Assembly: GCA_964639265.1 (NCBI GenBank)
Contig: CAZXCL010000004.1
Span: 20,900-84,899, forward strand
From: an uncultured Gammaproteobacteria bacterium
Lineage (GTDB): Bacteria; Pseudomonadota; Gammaproteobacteria; Steroidobacterales; JBCCMA01
Length of the DNA: 64,000 nt
Direction of reading: 5' to 3'
Position 1 is the stretch's first letter, and each line of letters begins with the position of its first letter. The notes beneath the pieces were generated by a model that was given only the letters and a program-made list of their open reading frames with translations, was not told the origin of the DNA and did no database searches. Shown here piece after piece: positions 38,584-50,000 of this stretch. Made by a program: the position numbers and the translations under genes.

Positions 38584-41500
38584 TCAGGCGCGACCGCCTT
38601 CGGCGCTTGCGTTGGGTGCATGGTCTGGCAGCGCGACAAGTTCGCTCAACGGGGCGGGTCGATGGATTCCGAAACCCTGGGCGTAGTCGCTGCCAAGTTC
38701 GGTCACGACATCCAGGATGTCCTGATCCTCGACGAACTCAGCGGTCACCCGCATGCCCAGGGTATGGGCGATATCGATAATGGACTTCACGAAAATGCGA
38801 TCAGTGGGATCGGTCGCGATGTCGCGCACAAACTGTCCGTCGATTTTGAGACAGTCCACGTTGAGTCGCTTGAGATAGCCAAATGACGACAGGCCGCTGC
38901 CAAAGTCATCCAGTGCGAATCGACAGCCGATCGCCTGGAGTGATTCGATGAGCGATGCGGCATCGTCAATTTTTCGAATCACAGCGGTTTCGGTAATTTC
39001 GAAGTTCAGGCAGCCTTTTGGAAGGTTTGCTTTGCGGACAAGTTGCACGATGGACTGAGAAATCTTGGTGTCGCCGACGCTGGCACCGGACAGATTGATC
39101 CAGAACTGCTGATTGGCGATGGTGTCCCGGTCCTGCGCGGCAAGAGCCGCAATAACGTTTTTGATCACCCAGTGATCGAGACGGCCCTGCAGACCGTAGC
39201 GCTCGGCAGCGGGCAAAAACGCGCCGGGCGGGATGAGCCGATTGGAAGTGCGATCACGCATGCGCAGCAGGATCTCGATTCTGTCGGGGTTGCGGTCGGA
39301 CGGCGTCAGGCGCTCGATGCGCTGGCCAAACAGCTCGAAACTGTCATGATCAATAGCGTGGTTCAGGCGCTGGACCCAGCGCATTTCTACGCGATGCTCA
39401 TGGACCGCATCGGATTGGCCAGCCACCAGATGCACGCGGTTGCGGCCAGCTTCCTTGGCCGCATAGCACGCCGCATCAGCCAGCTGCTGCAATTCATTCC
39501 AGTCTTTGGTTGTGGAGGCGACAGGCACCACACCAATACTGACTCCGATGCGGAATACATCCTGGCCCCACAGAAATTCCAGATCGGCAATACGCTGGCG
39601 AATATCTTCTGCTCGCTGCAGCGCGATTTCTTCGCTGCAGCCGATCACAATCAGGGCGAACTCGTCGCCACCGAGGCGGGCAACGGTGTCCTGCTCGCGG
39701 ACGCAACGGGTAATGAGCTTTGCCACCTTGCGCAGCAGTTCGTCGCCGGCAGCGTGACCGCAGGTGTCATTGACCACTTTGAACTGGTCAAGGTCGAGAA
39801 ACATCAGGAAGGCCCGTTCTATGGGCTCATCGCTCGCGCTCATCATTTCGAGGCGCTCGGAAAAAGCACGTCGATTGACCAGACCGGTGAGCTCGTCGAA
39901 GCGCGCCTGATAGGCAAGTTGATCGGTCATTGCGCGGCTTTCGGTGACGTCATGCGCAAGCAACACGATGTACTGCAGATCGCCGTGCTGATCGCGTACG
40001 GCGGAGGGGTGAAAATCAATGCGGCGCGACGCTCCGTGGTGGTCCGTGCATTCGACTTCCATGCTTGCGGCTTCGGCCTTGTCCGCGGCATAGGCGCCCA
40101 GAAATGCCGACAGCGCCTGGCGATCGTCTTCTGCAATCACGGCCATCAGGGGTTCGCGGTCCTCGGGTTCTGAATGCGGCCAGAAGAGCGCCTTCATGCG
40201 CGGATTGCACTCGTAGACCAGGCCCTCGGCGTCGACCAGCGCCATGCCGATGGGCGAGTTTTGATAGGCCTGATGAAACTTTGCTTCAACTTCTGCGCGC
40301 ATGGCGTCGGCTTTTTGCCGTTCGACAATCTCGCTGCTGAGCTGCCGGTTTATCTGTTCGAGTTCCTTGCGACCGGCCTCGATTGATTCAGTTCGCTCCG
40401 CCACTTCGATACGCAGCCGACGATTGATGTTTGCAACGGCGCGAAGACGCAGTCGAATGGCAAACCAGACCAGCGCCAGCGCCGCGAAGATTGCGCAGGC
40501 AATAAACCAGGGCGTGCGCCAGAATGGCGTGGGGACGGTAAATGCCCAGCTGGCTGGCGCGCTCCACTGGCCGCCCGGCAAGCGTGCGCGCAGGTCAAAG
40601 CGGTAGTCGCCTGGTCTGAGATTGGAGTATCCGCTGGAGGTGGCGTCTGTCGGGGCGCTCCAGTCGTTGTCCTGCCCGTCAAGACGGTAGCTGTATTCCA
40701 CGCCAAAAGGCTTGCGCGTAGAAACCGCCGTGTAGTTCACGACAACCTTGTTGGCGGAAATGCCTGGTGGCAGCGCACCGCTGGATTCGATATCAACATC
40801 ATCAACGACGAGGCGCTTGATCAGCGGCTTTGGCTGCCCGACTTTCTCCATCGCCAGGCTGACGTCCATAACGGCAAGGCCGGCTGTCGTGCCGATCATC
40901 AGCGACTTCTCGCCGTCAAAGAAATTCGCGTGAATCTTGCTCTCGATGGCCACATAGCCGTCGAGTGCGCCGTAATGGTCCAGAGCGCTTGTCACCGGAT
41001 CGTAGCGGTACGCACCGCGGCTGGTCGCCATGACCAGCGTGTTATCCGGTAGCGGCGCAATAGAGTAGATTGTTTGCTGGCTCATGAGTGCTTCATCGAC
41101 GATGCGCTCAAGTTTGCCGTCCTGCCAGCGATAGACCGCCCCCTGGATGCTGGCAAACCAGATCGTCGGGCGACCGTTGTTGGTCTGCGCCACGACCTGT
41201 GTGTAAACCTCCTGCTTCAGGTCCGCATCCGACACGATGCGTTCGGGCTTGGCCTGTGCATCGCTCGTGTCAATGCGAAAGATGCCCTCGTAGTTGGCGC
41301 TGAACCAGAGCTTGCCGTCAGCGGCCAGATCACTGGCATAGATTGACGCGCCGTTGCCAATTTCAATAACGCGCGACTCGCCGGTGTTGTCGTCAAATAT
41401 CGTGAGCGTGCCGAGGTAGGATCCCAGCCAGACCTTGCCCTGCGGATCGACTTCCATGCTCACGACCAGGGATCGCTCATCGCCAATCGTGCGCCGCGTG

Positions 41501-42690
41501 GTCATGGTGGCAAGATCGATGGCGTAGGTGGGCGCCTGAACGTGGGCCACCCACAACGTGCGTTTGTCGGGTGACAGCCGCAGTTCGCGGGCCTCGCGGC
41601 GCGCGTAACCAAGTTGGTCGGAAACGTTGGTCAGCGTGCCGTCACGAGCGACATGTAACAGGCCGAGGCTGGTGCCGAACCAGAAGTCACCGTCAAGGCC
41701 CGGCAATATAGAAAATACCTCCGGCCGCACGCCCTCGAATTCCAGCGCGTGCTGGCGAAAGCGTCCACCGAGGTAGCGGGCGAGACCCGAGCGGGCGGGG
41801 ATCCACAATACGCCTTCATCATCGATGAGTGCGGGCGCGGTGCCGCCGGTGCGAAGAACCGTGTCGGCAGTCGGGTCGCCAAACGGCATCATGCCGCGGC
41901 CCTCGGCGATGGCCCAGGTGATTTGACCGTCTTCGACAACCAGATCGGAAATCGGTCCGTCGTACTGCACGCTGGTCCAATCGACAGAGTTGTCCGGGTT
42001 AAGCCAGCCAACCTGACCTTGCTCGTTGCCGATCGCAAAACGTCCATAGCCGTCAGCTGTCATTGCTGTAGCGTTTTCGAGGATCAGCTCAAACATCGGT
42101 TCGCTGTTCGGTCGAAAGCGATAGAGCCCTTGTGCGCCCATCATCAGCATTTCGTCTGCGTTGCGATGACGCAGGATGTAGATTTCGTTGGGCGCTTCTT
42201 CGATGCGGGTAAAGCCGGCATCCAGATCGTCGAGATTCAGAAAACGCATGCCGCCAGGTTGGGTCCCGACGTAAAGAATATTGTCCAGTTCGAGGATGGC
42301 TCTGGCGACGCCGCGCGCGTCGTCATCAGGGTCGAAAGTACGGGTGACCCGACCGCCCTCGATGACCGTTAGTCCGCCGGCGGCATCGCCGGCCCACAGC
42401 CGATTTTGCTTGTCTACGTAAAGGCCCTGAATAAGGTTCTGACGCAGCCCCTGGCTGGTGGTGTAACTCTCGAAGCGGCGACCATCAAATCGATTCAAGC
42501 CGCCGAACGTCGCAATCCAAAGAAAGCCGTCACGATCCTGCGTAACCGCCAGCACCGATTTCTGATTGAGCCCGTCTGCCACCGAATAAATCCGAAACGG
42601 CGATCGTGCCGTGGAGGCCAGATCGGCGGTGGCCTGGCAGGGTGCAGTGAGCGCCAGTAGCGCCAGCACGATGAACAATGGTGCTTTCAA
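38584..42690 (-). CDS. Beta-propeller/Y_Y_Y sensor with PAS-GGDEF-EAL output
   Basis: 'QDRDGFLWIATFGGLNRFDG' propeller repeats; 'YSYRLDG...NLRPGDYRF'; 'RLGGDEF'; 'EILLR', 'DDFGSG'; start approximate. Confidence 0.92.
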   Translation of the reverse strand: MKAPLFIVLALLALTAPCQATADLASTARSPFRIYSVADGLNQKSVLAVTQDRDGFLWIATFGGLNRFDGRRFESYTTSQGLRQNLIQGLYVDKQNRLWAGDAAGGLTVIEGGRVTRTFDPDDDARGVARAILELDNILYVGTQPGGMRFLNLDDLDAGFTRIEEAPNEIYILRHRNADEMLMMGAQGLYRFRPNSEPMFELILENATAMTADGYGRFAIGNEQGQVGWLNPDNSVDWTSVQYDGPISDLVVEDGQITWAIAEGRGMMPFGDPTADTVLRTGGTAPALIDDEGVLWIPARSGLARYLGGRFRQHALEFEGVRPEVFSILPGLDGDFWFGTSLGLLHVARDGTLTNVSDQLGYARREARELRLSPDKRTLWVAHVQAPTYAIDLATMTTRRTIGDERSLVVSMEVDPQGKVWLGSYLGTLTIFDDNTGESRVIEIGNGASIYASDLAADGKLWFSANYEGIFRIDTSDAQAKPERIVSDADLKQEVYTQVVAQTNNGRPTIWFASIQGAVYRWQDGKLERIVDEALMSQQTIYSIAPLPDNTLVMATSRGAYRYDPVTSALDHYGALDGYVAIESKIHANFFDGEKSLMIGTTAGLAVMDVSLAMEKVGQPKPLIKRLVVDDVDIESSGALPPGISANKVVVNYTAVSTRKPFGVEYSYRLDGQDNDWSAPTDATSSGYSNLRPGDYRFDLRARLPGGQWSAPASWAFTVPTPFWRTPWFIACAIFAALALVWFAIRLRLRAVANINRRLRIEVAERTESIEAGRKELEQINRQLSSEIVERQKADAMRAEVEAKFHQAYQNSPIGMALVDAEGLVYECNPRMKALFWPHSEPEDREPLMAVIAEDDRQALSAFLGAYAADKAEAASMEVECTDHHGASRRIDFHPSAVRDQHGDLQYIVLLAHDVTESRAMTDQLAYQARFDELTGLVNRRAFSERLEMMSASDEPIERAFLMFLDLDQFKVVNDTCGHAAGDELLRKVAKLITRCVREQDTVARLGGDEFALIVIGCSEEIALQRAEDIRQRIADLEFLWGQDVFRIGVSIGVVPVASTTKDWNELQQLADAACYAAKEAGRNRVHLVAGQSDAVHEHRVEMRWVQRLNHAIDHDSFELFGQRIERLTPSDRNPDRIEILLRMRDRTSNRLIPPGAFLPAAERYGLQGRLDHWVIKNVIAALAAQDRDTIANQQFWINLSGASVGDTKISQSIVQLVRKANLPKGCLNFEITETAVIRKIDDAASLIESLQAIGCRFALDDFGSGLSSFGYLKRLNVDCLKIDGQFVRDIATDPTDRIFVKSIIDIAHTLGMRVTAEFVEDQDILDVVTELGSDYAQGFGIHRPAPLSELVALPDHAPNASAEGGRA

Positions 42691-43006
42691 GGAAGTATCG
42701 ACTCTTGTATCCGTACACGAGCAGCGGTCAGACACCGCTTGGCAGTCCAAAGCTTATGTTCTTTGCGGATTGAATTCTGCGCACCAGTGCCGGTTTTTTG
42801 CGCAATTATACGAAGATCTTCGTGTTATGTGTTGTGTTTTAGCATCATTACAAAATGTTTGAAAACAATTATTTATATATTTGTTGAGACTTTTGTTGCA
42901 AAAATATTTGCACCCTGTTCTTTTCGGGGTTAACAATAAATCGAGGTTCGCTAGCTGCCCCAGTGATTCCAACCGACGTGTTTTTCTTACCTTCGGAGGC
43001 TGAATC

Positions 43007-45835
43007 ATGATTCAAGCACTGCTTGCCCGGCGGGTACTCCGTTCCGGGCTCACATTTTTCCTTTTCACCATCCTTGCCGCGCCACAGACAGCGGCGCAAG
43101 ACCAGGGCGAGTCCCTGGAAGAGGTCGTCGTCACGGGATCGCGGATACCGCGACCCGATTTCGTTGCCAACAGTCCGGTGACGGTGGTCGACTCCAGAGA
43201 GTTCGAACTCGCGGCCACCGTGGAGACCGAGTCGATACTCAACACACTGCCGCAAATCGTGCCCTCGTTCGGCGCCACGACCAATAATCCTGGCTCCGGA
43301 ACGGCCACAGTCGATCTGCGCAATCTGGGACCCGTTCGCACGCTCGTCATGATGAACGGGCGGCGCATTGTCGGCTCCGGCACCAGCGGTATCGTCGATA
43401 TCAACAATATCCCGCCTGCTCTGATCGAACGCGTGGATGTGGCCACCGGCGGCGCTTCGGCGGTGTACGGGTCCGACGCCATGGCGGGTGTTGTGAACTT
43501 CATACTCAAGGATGATTTTGAAGGCGTGCAGCTCAGCGCGCAGTACGGCGCCACGCAGGAGTCCGATTCCGAGCGTGCCAACATCGACTTTACCTGGGGG
43601 GCCAACTCTGCCGACGGTCGCGGCAACGCCGTGATCTACGCGAACTATTTTCGACGCGAGCAAACGCTTGCCGGCGAGCGCGACTTCGCGCGCATCGAAC
43701 TTGATGAAGACACCGATGCAAACGGCAATCCTGTGCTCTCTGCGGGCGGCTCGTCGCGTATTCCGCAGGGGCGCTTTTCCGGTGCCGCGTTCACGGGACT
43801 GATCGATGTCAATGGCGACGAGATCGGGGGAAGTGGCTTTTTCGTTGACGCCAACGGCGCACCCGACGACTACACCTCACCGGACGACACGTTCAACTTT
43901 GCGCCGTTCAACAATCTGCAGCTGCCGCTCGAGCGCTGGACCACAACCGCGCTTGGCAGCTACGAGCTTTCCCCTGACGTTCAGGCTTTCGGTGAGTTCA
44001 CCTTTGCCAACAACCGCATCAATCGCACGTTGGCGCCCACGCCGTACAACGAATCGGGCGTGGATATCGATCTGAACAATCCGCTTATTCCGGCCGCAAC
44101 GCTGGCGCTTCTGCAACAGGCCGACACTGACGGCGACGGCATCGTGAACGGCGGCATCAGTCGCCGCATGCTTGAAGCTGGCAGCCGTATCAGCGACGAC
44201 AGCCGCAACCTTTGGCGGTTTGTTGCCGGACTCAAAGGCGAGTTCGCGGATTGGGACTGGGAGGTTTATCACAACTTCGGTCGCAGCGAGAACGCGCAGC
44301 GTCAGGACGGCAACATCGTGCTGTCGAAGTTCCAGGAAGGCCTGCTGGTCGATGCGGATGACCCCACCCAGTGCGCCAGCGGCAACCCCGCATGCGTGGT
44401 CATCAATCCCTTCGGTGAAGGTTCGTTTACACCCGAGATGGTCAACTGGGTGCGCGCGGCGGCCAGCAACATCACCAACGTTGAGCAGCGTACGGTGGCC
44501 GCCAACATCGCCGGTGCACCGATCGATCTGCCGGCCGGCGCTCTCGGGCTGGCCTTTGGTATTGAACACCGCGAAGAGGCTGCGGAGTTCCTGCCCGATA
44601 CCTTTCTTGCCTCCGGCGACGTCGACGGCTTCAACGCTGGTCTGCCCACACAGGGCGAGTACGATGTGACGGAAGTCTACGGCGAGGCGATCGTGCCGCT
44701 GCTCGCCGGAAAGCGGTTTGCTGAATACCTTGGTCTTGAGCTGGGCTATCGCTACTCCGACTACTCAAACGTGGGCGGTGTAAATACCTACAAGTTTGGC
44801 GGTGAGTGGAATCCCATACCGTCGCTGAAGCTGCGGGGCCTGTTCCAGCGCGCTGTGCGCGCCCCCAATATTCTCGAGCTGTTCCAGGGTAGCTCGAACA
44901 GCTTCCCGGGCGGTGAGGACTTCTGCAATGCAGGTGCCGATCGTACGGCCGAAGAAGAGGCTTTCTGCGTTGAGCTGGGTGTGCCGCAGGCATTGCTTGC
45001 CACCTTCCAGCAGCCGGATGATCAGATCGAGGTCTTGCTTAGCGGCAATCCTGAGCTGGATGTTGAGAGCTCGGATACCTGGTCGGTGGGTTTTGTCTAT
45101 CAGCCCGAGCGTATCGCCGGTCTGTCGATCACGATGGACTACTACTCCATCGAGATCGAGGATGCAATTTCCACCTTTGGTGGCGGCATGCAGAGCACGA
45201 TTGATGCCTGCAATCAGAACTTGAGTCTGTCCAACGTGTTCTGCCAACCGCTGACCGCGCGCAACGATGCAGGGGAGCTCGAGTTTGTACCGTTGCCCAA
45301 TCAGAACATCGCGAATCTGGCCACTGACGGGCTGGATATGTCGGTGCGCTACGGCATGGAGTTTGATCGCGGTGGCGATCTGGATCTGTCGCTGGCGGCC
45401 ACCTACGTGTTTGCGAATGAGCAGCAGAGCAGCCCGGTCACCAATGTGGTGGATTGCGCCGGTTCGGTAGGCGTGCGTGGCACCTGCGGCAACGCCGATC
45501 CGCATTTGCGTCTGGTCGGTCGTGCCACTTACACCCAGGGCAAACTGCGCGGTTCACTGCGCTATCGCTACGTGGGAGAGGTGGACAACGAGCTGATTGC
45601 CCTGGGCACGGCCGCCAACACGCTGGCTGTGACCGGCGTTGATGCCGAGCACTATCTGGATCTTGGCTTGACCTACACCTACACAGACAAAATGGATCTG
45701 TTCGTAAACATCGACAATGTTCTGGACAACGATCCACCGGTGCTCGCGGATGCCGGCGGGCAGTTCAACACTGACGCATCGGTGTATGACGTGTTGGGTC
45801 GCCGCATGACCTTCGGTTTGCGTTCACGCTTCTAG
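43007..45835 (+). CDS. TonB-dependent receptor (3)
   Basis: GGAGG RBS; 'LEEVVVTGSRIPR', 'IERVDVATGGASAVYGSDAMAGVVNFI'; C-terminal Phe. Confidence 0.94.
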   Translation: MIQALLARRVLRSGLTFFLFTILAAPQTAAQDQGESLEEVVVTGSRIPRPDFVANSPVTVVDSREFELAATVETESILNTLPQIVPSFGATTNNPGSGTATVDLRNLGPVRTLVMMNGRRIVGSGTSGIVDINNIPPALIERVDVATGGASAVYGSDAMAGVVNFILKDDFEGVQLSAQYGATQESDSERANIDFTWGANSADGRGNAVIYANYFRREQTLAGERDFARIELDEDTDANGNPVLSAGGSSRIPQGRFSGAAFTGLIDVNGDEIGGSGFFVDANGAPDDYTSPDDTFNFAPFNNLQLPLERWTTTALGSYELSPDVQAFGEFTFANNRINRTLAPTPYNESGVDIDLNNPLIPAATLALLQQADTDGDGIVNGGISRRMLEAGSRISDDSRNLWRFVAGLKGEFADWDWEVYHNFGRSENAQRQDGNIVLSKFQEGLLVDADDPTQCASGNPACVVINPFGEGSFTPEMVNWVRAAASNITNVEQRTVAANIAGAPIDLPAGALGLAFGIEHREEAAEFLPDTFLASGDVDGFNAGLPTQGEYDVTEVYGEAIVPLLAGKRFAEYLGLELGYRYSDYSNVGGVNTYKFGGEWNPIPSLKLRGLFQRAVRAPNILELFQGSSNSFPGGEDFCNAGADRTAEEEAFCVELGVPQALLATFQQPDDQIEVLLSGNPELDVESSDTWSVGFVYQPERIAGLSITMDYYSIEIEDAISTFGGGMQSTIDACNQNLSLSNVFCQPLTARNDAGELEFVPLPNQNIANLATDGLDMSVRYGMEFDRGGDLDLSLAATYVFANEQQSSPVTNVVDCAGSVGVRGTCGNADPHLRLVGRATYTQGKLRGSLRYRYVGEVDNELIALGTAANTLAVTGVDAEHYLDLGLTYTYTDKMDLFVNIDNVLDNDPPVLADAGGQFNTDASVYDVLGRRMTFGLRSRF

Positions 45836-45844
45836 ACGTTCGAC

Positions 45845-45876
45845 GGACGGGGCGCCTTGGTGCGTCCCGTCCATTT
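45845..45876 (+). terminator. Probable terminator hairpin
   Basis: GGACGGGGCGC-CTTGGT-GCGTCCCGTCC followed by ATTT. Confidence 0.6.
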
Positions 45877-45959
45877 CCCGCGCTGTTACGTAATGAGAGA
45901 CTATTGACGCGATTAAGGCGCATAATCCGCACTCATATGGCGGACAACAGTCGACATTA

Positions 45960-47039
45960 ATGAAAGCACTAGGGATTGCGGTTCTGCTCGCGCTGGGCGC
46001 GGCAGGCGTTTTCTGGCTGACAGGTCAGAGCGCTCAAAGCGGGCCGGAAGCGGCCCAGGCCGGGGCGCGAGGCGGGCGTCCAGCCCAACGTGCTGTGCCG
46101 ATTACCGTGGAAACGGTTTCCGAGCAGCCCTTCGCCGATGAGGTGGAGGCGATCGGCACCACCCGCGCCAACGAGTCGGTCACGATCACGGCCAAGGTTA
46201 CCGACAAGATTTCGCGTATCAATTTCACGGACGGTGAACGCGTGGAGAAGGGCGCGTTGCTGGTAGAGCTGACCAACGACGAGCAGGCCGCTCAGCTGGC
46301 GGAGGCCAAGGCCGACCGCACAGAGGCGCGGGCCCAGCTGCAACGACTCGAAGACCTGGCCGAACAAAATACCGTCGCGGCTTCCCAGCTCGATGAAAGC
46401 CGCGCGCGTTATTCCATTGCCAGTGCGCGACTGGAAGCCATTGTCGCCCGTCTTGAAGATCGGGTCATTCGGGCGCCCTTCGACGGCGTGCTCGGATTCA
46501 GGCAGATCAGCCCCGGCACACTGGTAACACCGGGCACGGCGATTACGACGCTTGACGATGTGTCCACGCTCAAGCTCGACTTCAATGTGCCGGAGTTGTT
46601 TCTGGGTGCGATTAGTATCGGCGACGAGGTGGTGGCCGCAAGTCCGGCCTATCGTGACGAACAGTTTACCGGCACCGTGGCGGGTATCGATTCACGCGTT
46701 GATGAAGTAACGCGCTCGGTGACCATTCGTGCACAGTTGCCTAACCCGACCGGTGCCCTGCGTCCCGGGATGCTCATGACGGTGAGTCTGGCCACCGCGC
46801 AGCGCACGGCGCTGTCGGTGCCCGAGAGCGCCGTTGTGCCCACTAATCGTGAGCCCTATGTCTACGTTATCGGAGATGAACTGGTGGCGCAGCGGCGCAC
46901 GGTAACCATCGGTCAGCGCGCCTCGGGGCGTGTGGAAATCCTTACGGGACTCGAAGCGGGCGAACGGGTTGCCGTTCTCGGGCTGGTGAGTTTGCGCCCC
47001 GGTGTGCCGGTCACGATCGCGGACGGGGAGGTCGGCTGA
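45960..47039 (+). CDS. RND efflux periplasmic adaptor (MFP)
   Basis: 'GERVEKGALLVEL', 'IRAPFDGVLG', 'LRPGM', 'VPESAV'. Confidence 0.92.
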   Translation: MKALGIAVLLALGAAGVFWLTGQSAQSGPEAAQAGARGGRPAQRAVPITVETVSEQPFADEVEAIGTTRANESVTITAKVTDKISRINFTDGERVEKGALLVELTNDEQAAQLAEAKADRTEARAQLQRLEDLAEQNTVAASQLDESRARYSIASARLEAIVARLEDRVIRAPFDGVLGFRQISPGTLVTPGTAITTLDDVSTLKLDFNVPELFLGAISIGDEVVAASPAYRDEQFTGTVAGIDSRVDEVTRSVTIRAQLPNPTGALRPGMLMTVSLATAQRTALSVPESAVVPTNREPYVYVIGDELVAQRRTVTIGQRASGRVEILTGLEAGERVAVLGLVSLRPGVPVTIADGEVG

Positions 47040-47040
47040 G

Positions 47041-50000
47041 ATGTGGTTGTCGGACACGTCGGTCAAGCGCCCGGTTTTCGCCACCGTCATCAGTCTTCTG
47101 TTGATCGCCTTTGGTGTGCTTGCCTCGCAGTCGCTGACCACGCGCGAATATCCGGACATCGTGCCGCCAATCATATCGGTCAATACGACCTACGCTGGCG
47201 CCTCGGCCAACATTGTAGAAACGCGCATTACCCAGCTGCTCGAAAAGCAGATCGCGGGAATCGAGGGCATCCGCACGATGACCTCGCGCAGTCAGGACGG
47301 ACGCTCCGCAATCAGCATCGAGTTCAAGCTGGATGTCGATCTGGATCAGGCCGCCAATGACGTACGCGATCGGGTTAGTCGCGTCGCGCGGGCGCTGCCC
47401 GACGGCGTGGATCTGCCGTCGATTTCCAAGCAGGATTCAGACGCCAGGCCCATCATGTATATGAGCCTGACCAGCGATGGCGTGCTCAGTCCGATGGCAC
47501 TCAACGACTATGCCGAACGCTTTATCGTTGATCGCTTCAACGTAATCCCCGGCGTTTCGCGCATCGATGTGTTTGGCGCGGGTCGGCCTTCCATGCGCGT
47601 ATGGCTTGACCGCGTTGCCTTGGCGGCACGCAATCTCACCGTGCAAGACGTTGAGGAGGCGCTGCGGCGGCAGAACGTGGAGTTGCCGGCGGGCACGCTG
47701 GAATCCGACTCCCGCCAGCGTCAGGTTCGTCTGGCCCGCGGTTATGAGACGGAAGAGGATTTCCGTGAGCTGGTTGTTGCCCGTGGCGATGACTACCTCG
47801 TGCGCCTGGGTGAGGTTGCGCGCATCGAGCGGGCACCGCGCGACCTGCGCAACGTCTTTCGCGCCAACGGCACCAATACCATTGCGCTGGGCGTGGTCAA
47901 ACAGTCCACGGCTAACACGGTGGATGTGCTCGAGGCGGTGAAGGAAACCATCGACGCGGTGAATGCCGATCTGCCGGACGACATGTCGCTGATTCCAAGT
48001 AGTGACGATTCGTTGTACATCCGCGCGGCCATTCGCGCTGTTTTCCTGACGATTCTGGTGACCACGGCGCTGGTGAGCGTCGTGCTGCTGTTTTTCCTGG
48101 GCTCGATACGCGCCACCGTGATTCCGGCGCTGACGATTCCGATTTGTCTGGTGGCCTCGTTCATGGGTTTGTCGGCATTTGGCTACTCCATCAACCTGAT
48201 CACACTGCTCGCGCTGGTACTGTGCATCGGGCTTGTGGTCGATGATGCAATTGTGGTGGTTGAAAACGTGCATCGGCGCATGGAGCGCGGCGAGCCGCCG
48301 CTTCTTGCTGCCTACAAGGGCACACGCCAGGTGGGTTTCGCGGTGATTGCAACCACGCTGGTGCTGATCGCGGTGTTTACGCCCATCATTTTTCTGCAAG
48401 ACAATCTGGGTCAGCTGTTTGGTGAGCTGGCCGTCACCGTGTCGGCGGCGATGATTTTCTCGACCGTCGTGGCGCTTACGCTCACGCCCATGCTGTGCTC
48501 CAAGCTGTTCAAGCCGGCGGAAAAAGCCGGGCGCGTGAGCAAGTCCATCGATGCTGGCTTTGAGCGCGTCAACGACTTTTACGCGCGGACGTTAAGTGCC
48601 TCGCTGAGGGCGCCGCTGGTGGCCGTCGCCGCGACGGGGCTCATCGTTGCGGCCGCCTGGTTCCTGTTCGTCAATCTGAATCAGGAATATGCGCCGGTCG
48701 AGGATCAGGGTGGTTTCTTCGCGAGCTTCCGTGCGGCCGAGGGCAGCAGCTTCGAGCGTATGGCCGGGTTTGTCGATCCGATTGAGGCGCCCATGGAACC
48801 CTACTTTGAGTCGGGCCTGATCCAGCGCGGGCTCCTGCGCATCCCCGGCTTTGGCGGGCGCGGACTCAATACCGCCGTTGTTGTGGTGACGCTCGACCCC
48901 GATCGTGCGCCGGAAAACAGCACCGAGTCGATTCGTCGCGAGCTGACCCAACAGTGGAACCAGATTCCGGGGCTGCGAGCGTTCAGCGTCATTCGTTCAG
49001 GCTTGTCGCGTGGCGGTGGCGGACAACCGGTGCAGGTGGTACTGGGCGGCACGAGCTATGAGGAGCTGGCCCGATGGCGCGACATTGTTCTGGATCGCGC
49101 CGCCGAGAATCCGGGGCTGGCGCGTGTGCAGTCGAATCTCGACGATACGCAGCCTCAAATCGCTGTGGACGTGGACCGTTCGCGTGCGGCGGCGCTCGGC
49201 GTGTCGGTGCAAACCGTGGGCAGCACGCTGGAGGCCATGATGGCGGAAAAGCGCGTGGCCACCTATGTGAGCGATGGCGAAGAGTACGACATCATTATGC
49301 AGGCGGACGCGCAGCAACGACGCAGTCTGGGTGATCTGCAAAACATCTTTGTGCGTTCCGAGGATTCCGGTGAGCTGATTCCACTGTCAAATCTCGTGCA
49401 GATTCGTGAGCGTTCCGGTGCAAGTCAGCTCAATCGATTCAACCGTCTTCGTGCGGTCACGATCAGTGCCAATCTCGTCGGCGACTACACGCTGCCTGAG
49501 GCGCTGGATTTTTTTGAGCAGGTGGTGCGCGATGAATTGCCGGTTTCGGCTCTGATTGATTACAGCGGCGAATCGCTCGAATACAAGGAAGCCAGCGGCG
49601 GCATTGTTTTTACGTTCGGGATTGCGCTTCTGGTCGTGTTTCTGGTGCTGGCGGCGCAGTTTGAGAGCTTTATTCATCCGATCGTGATCATGGTGGCCGT
49701 GCCGCTTGCCGTTGCTGGCGGGCTGCTGGGACTCTACGCCACCGACACGCCGTTCAATATCTTCAGCCAGATCGGAATGATTATTCTGATCGGAATCGCG
49801 ACCAAGAACGGCATTCTGATCGTCGAGTTCATCAATCAGGTACGCGAGAGCGGCGTGGAGTTTGAGCCGGCCATTGTCCAGGCCGCGCGCATCCGACTGC
49901 GCCCGGTGCTCATGACCACCATTTCCACCTCGGCCGGCGCCGTGCCGTTGATGCTGGCCACCGGCGCCGGATCGGTCAGTCGCCAGAATCTGGGTGTGGT

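Noticed and set aside
45904-45926. TTGACG...CATAAT sigma70-like promoter before the RND operon
   Set aside because: The spacer is only 11 bp, too short for a canonical -35/-10 pair
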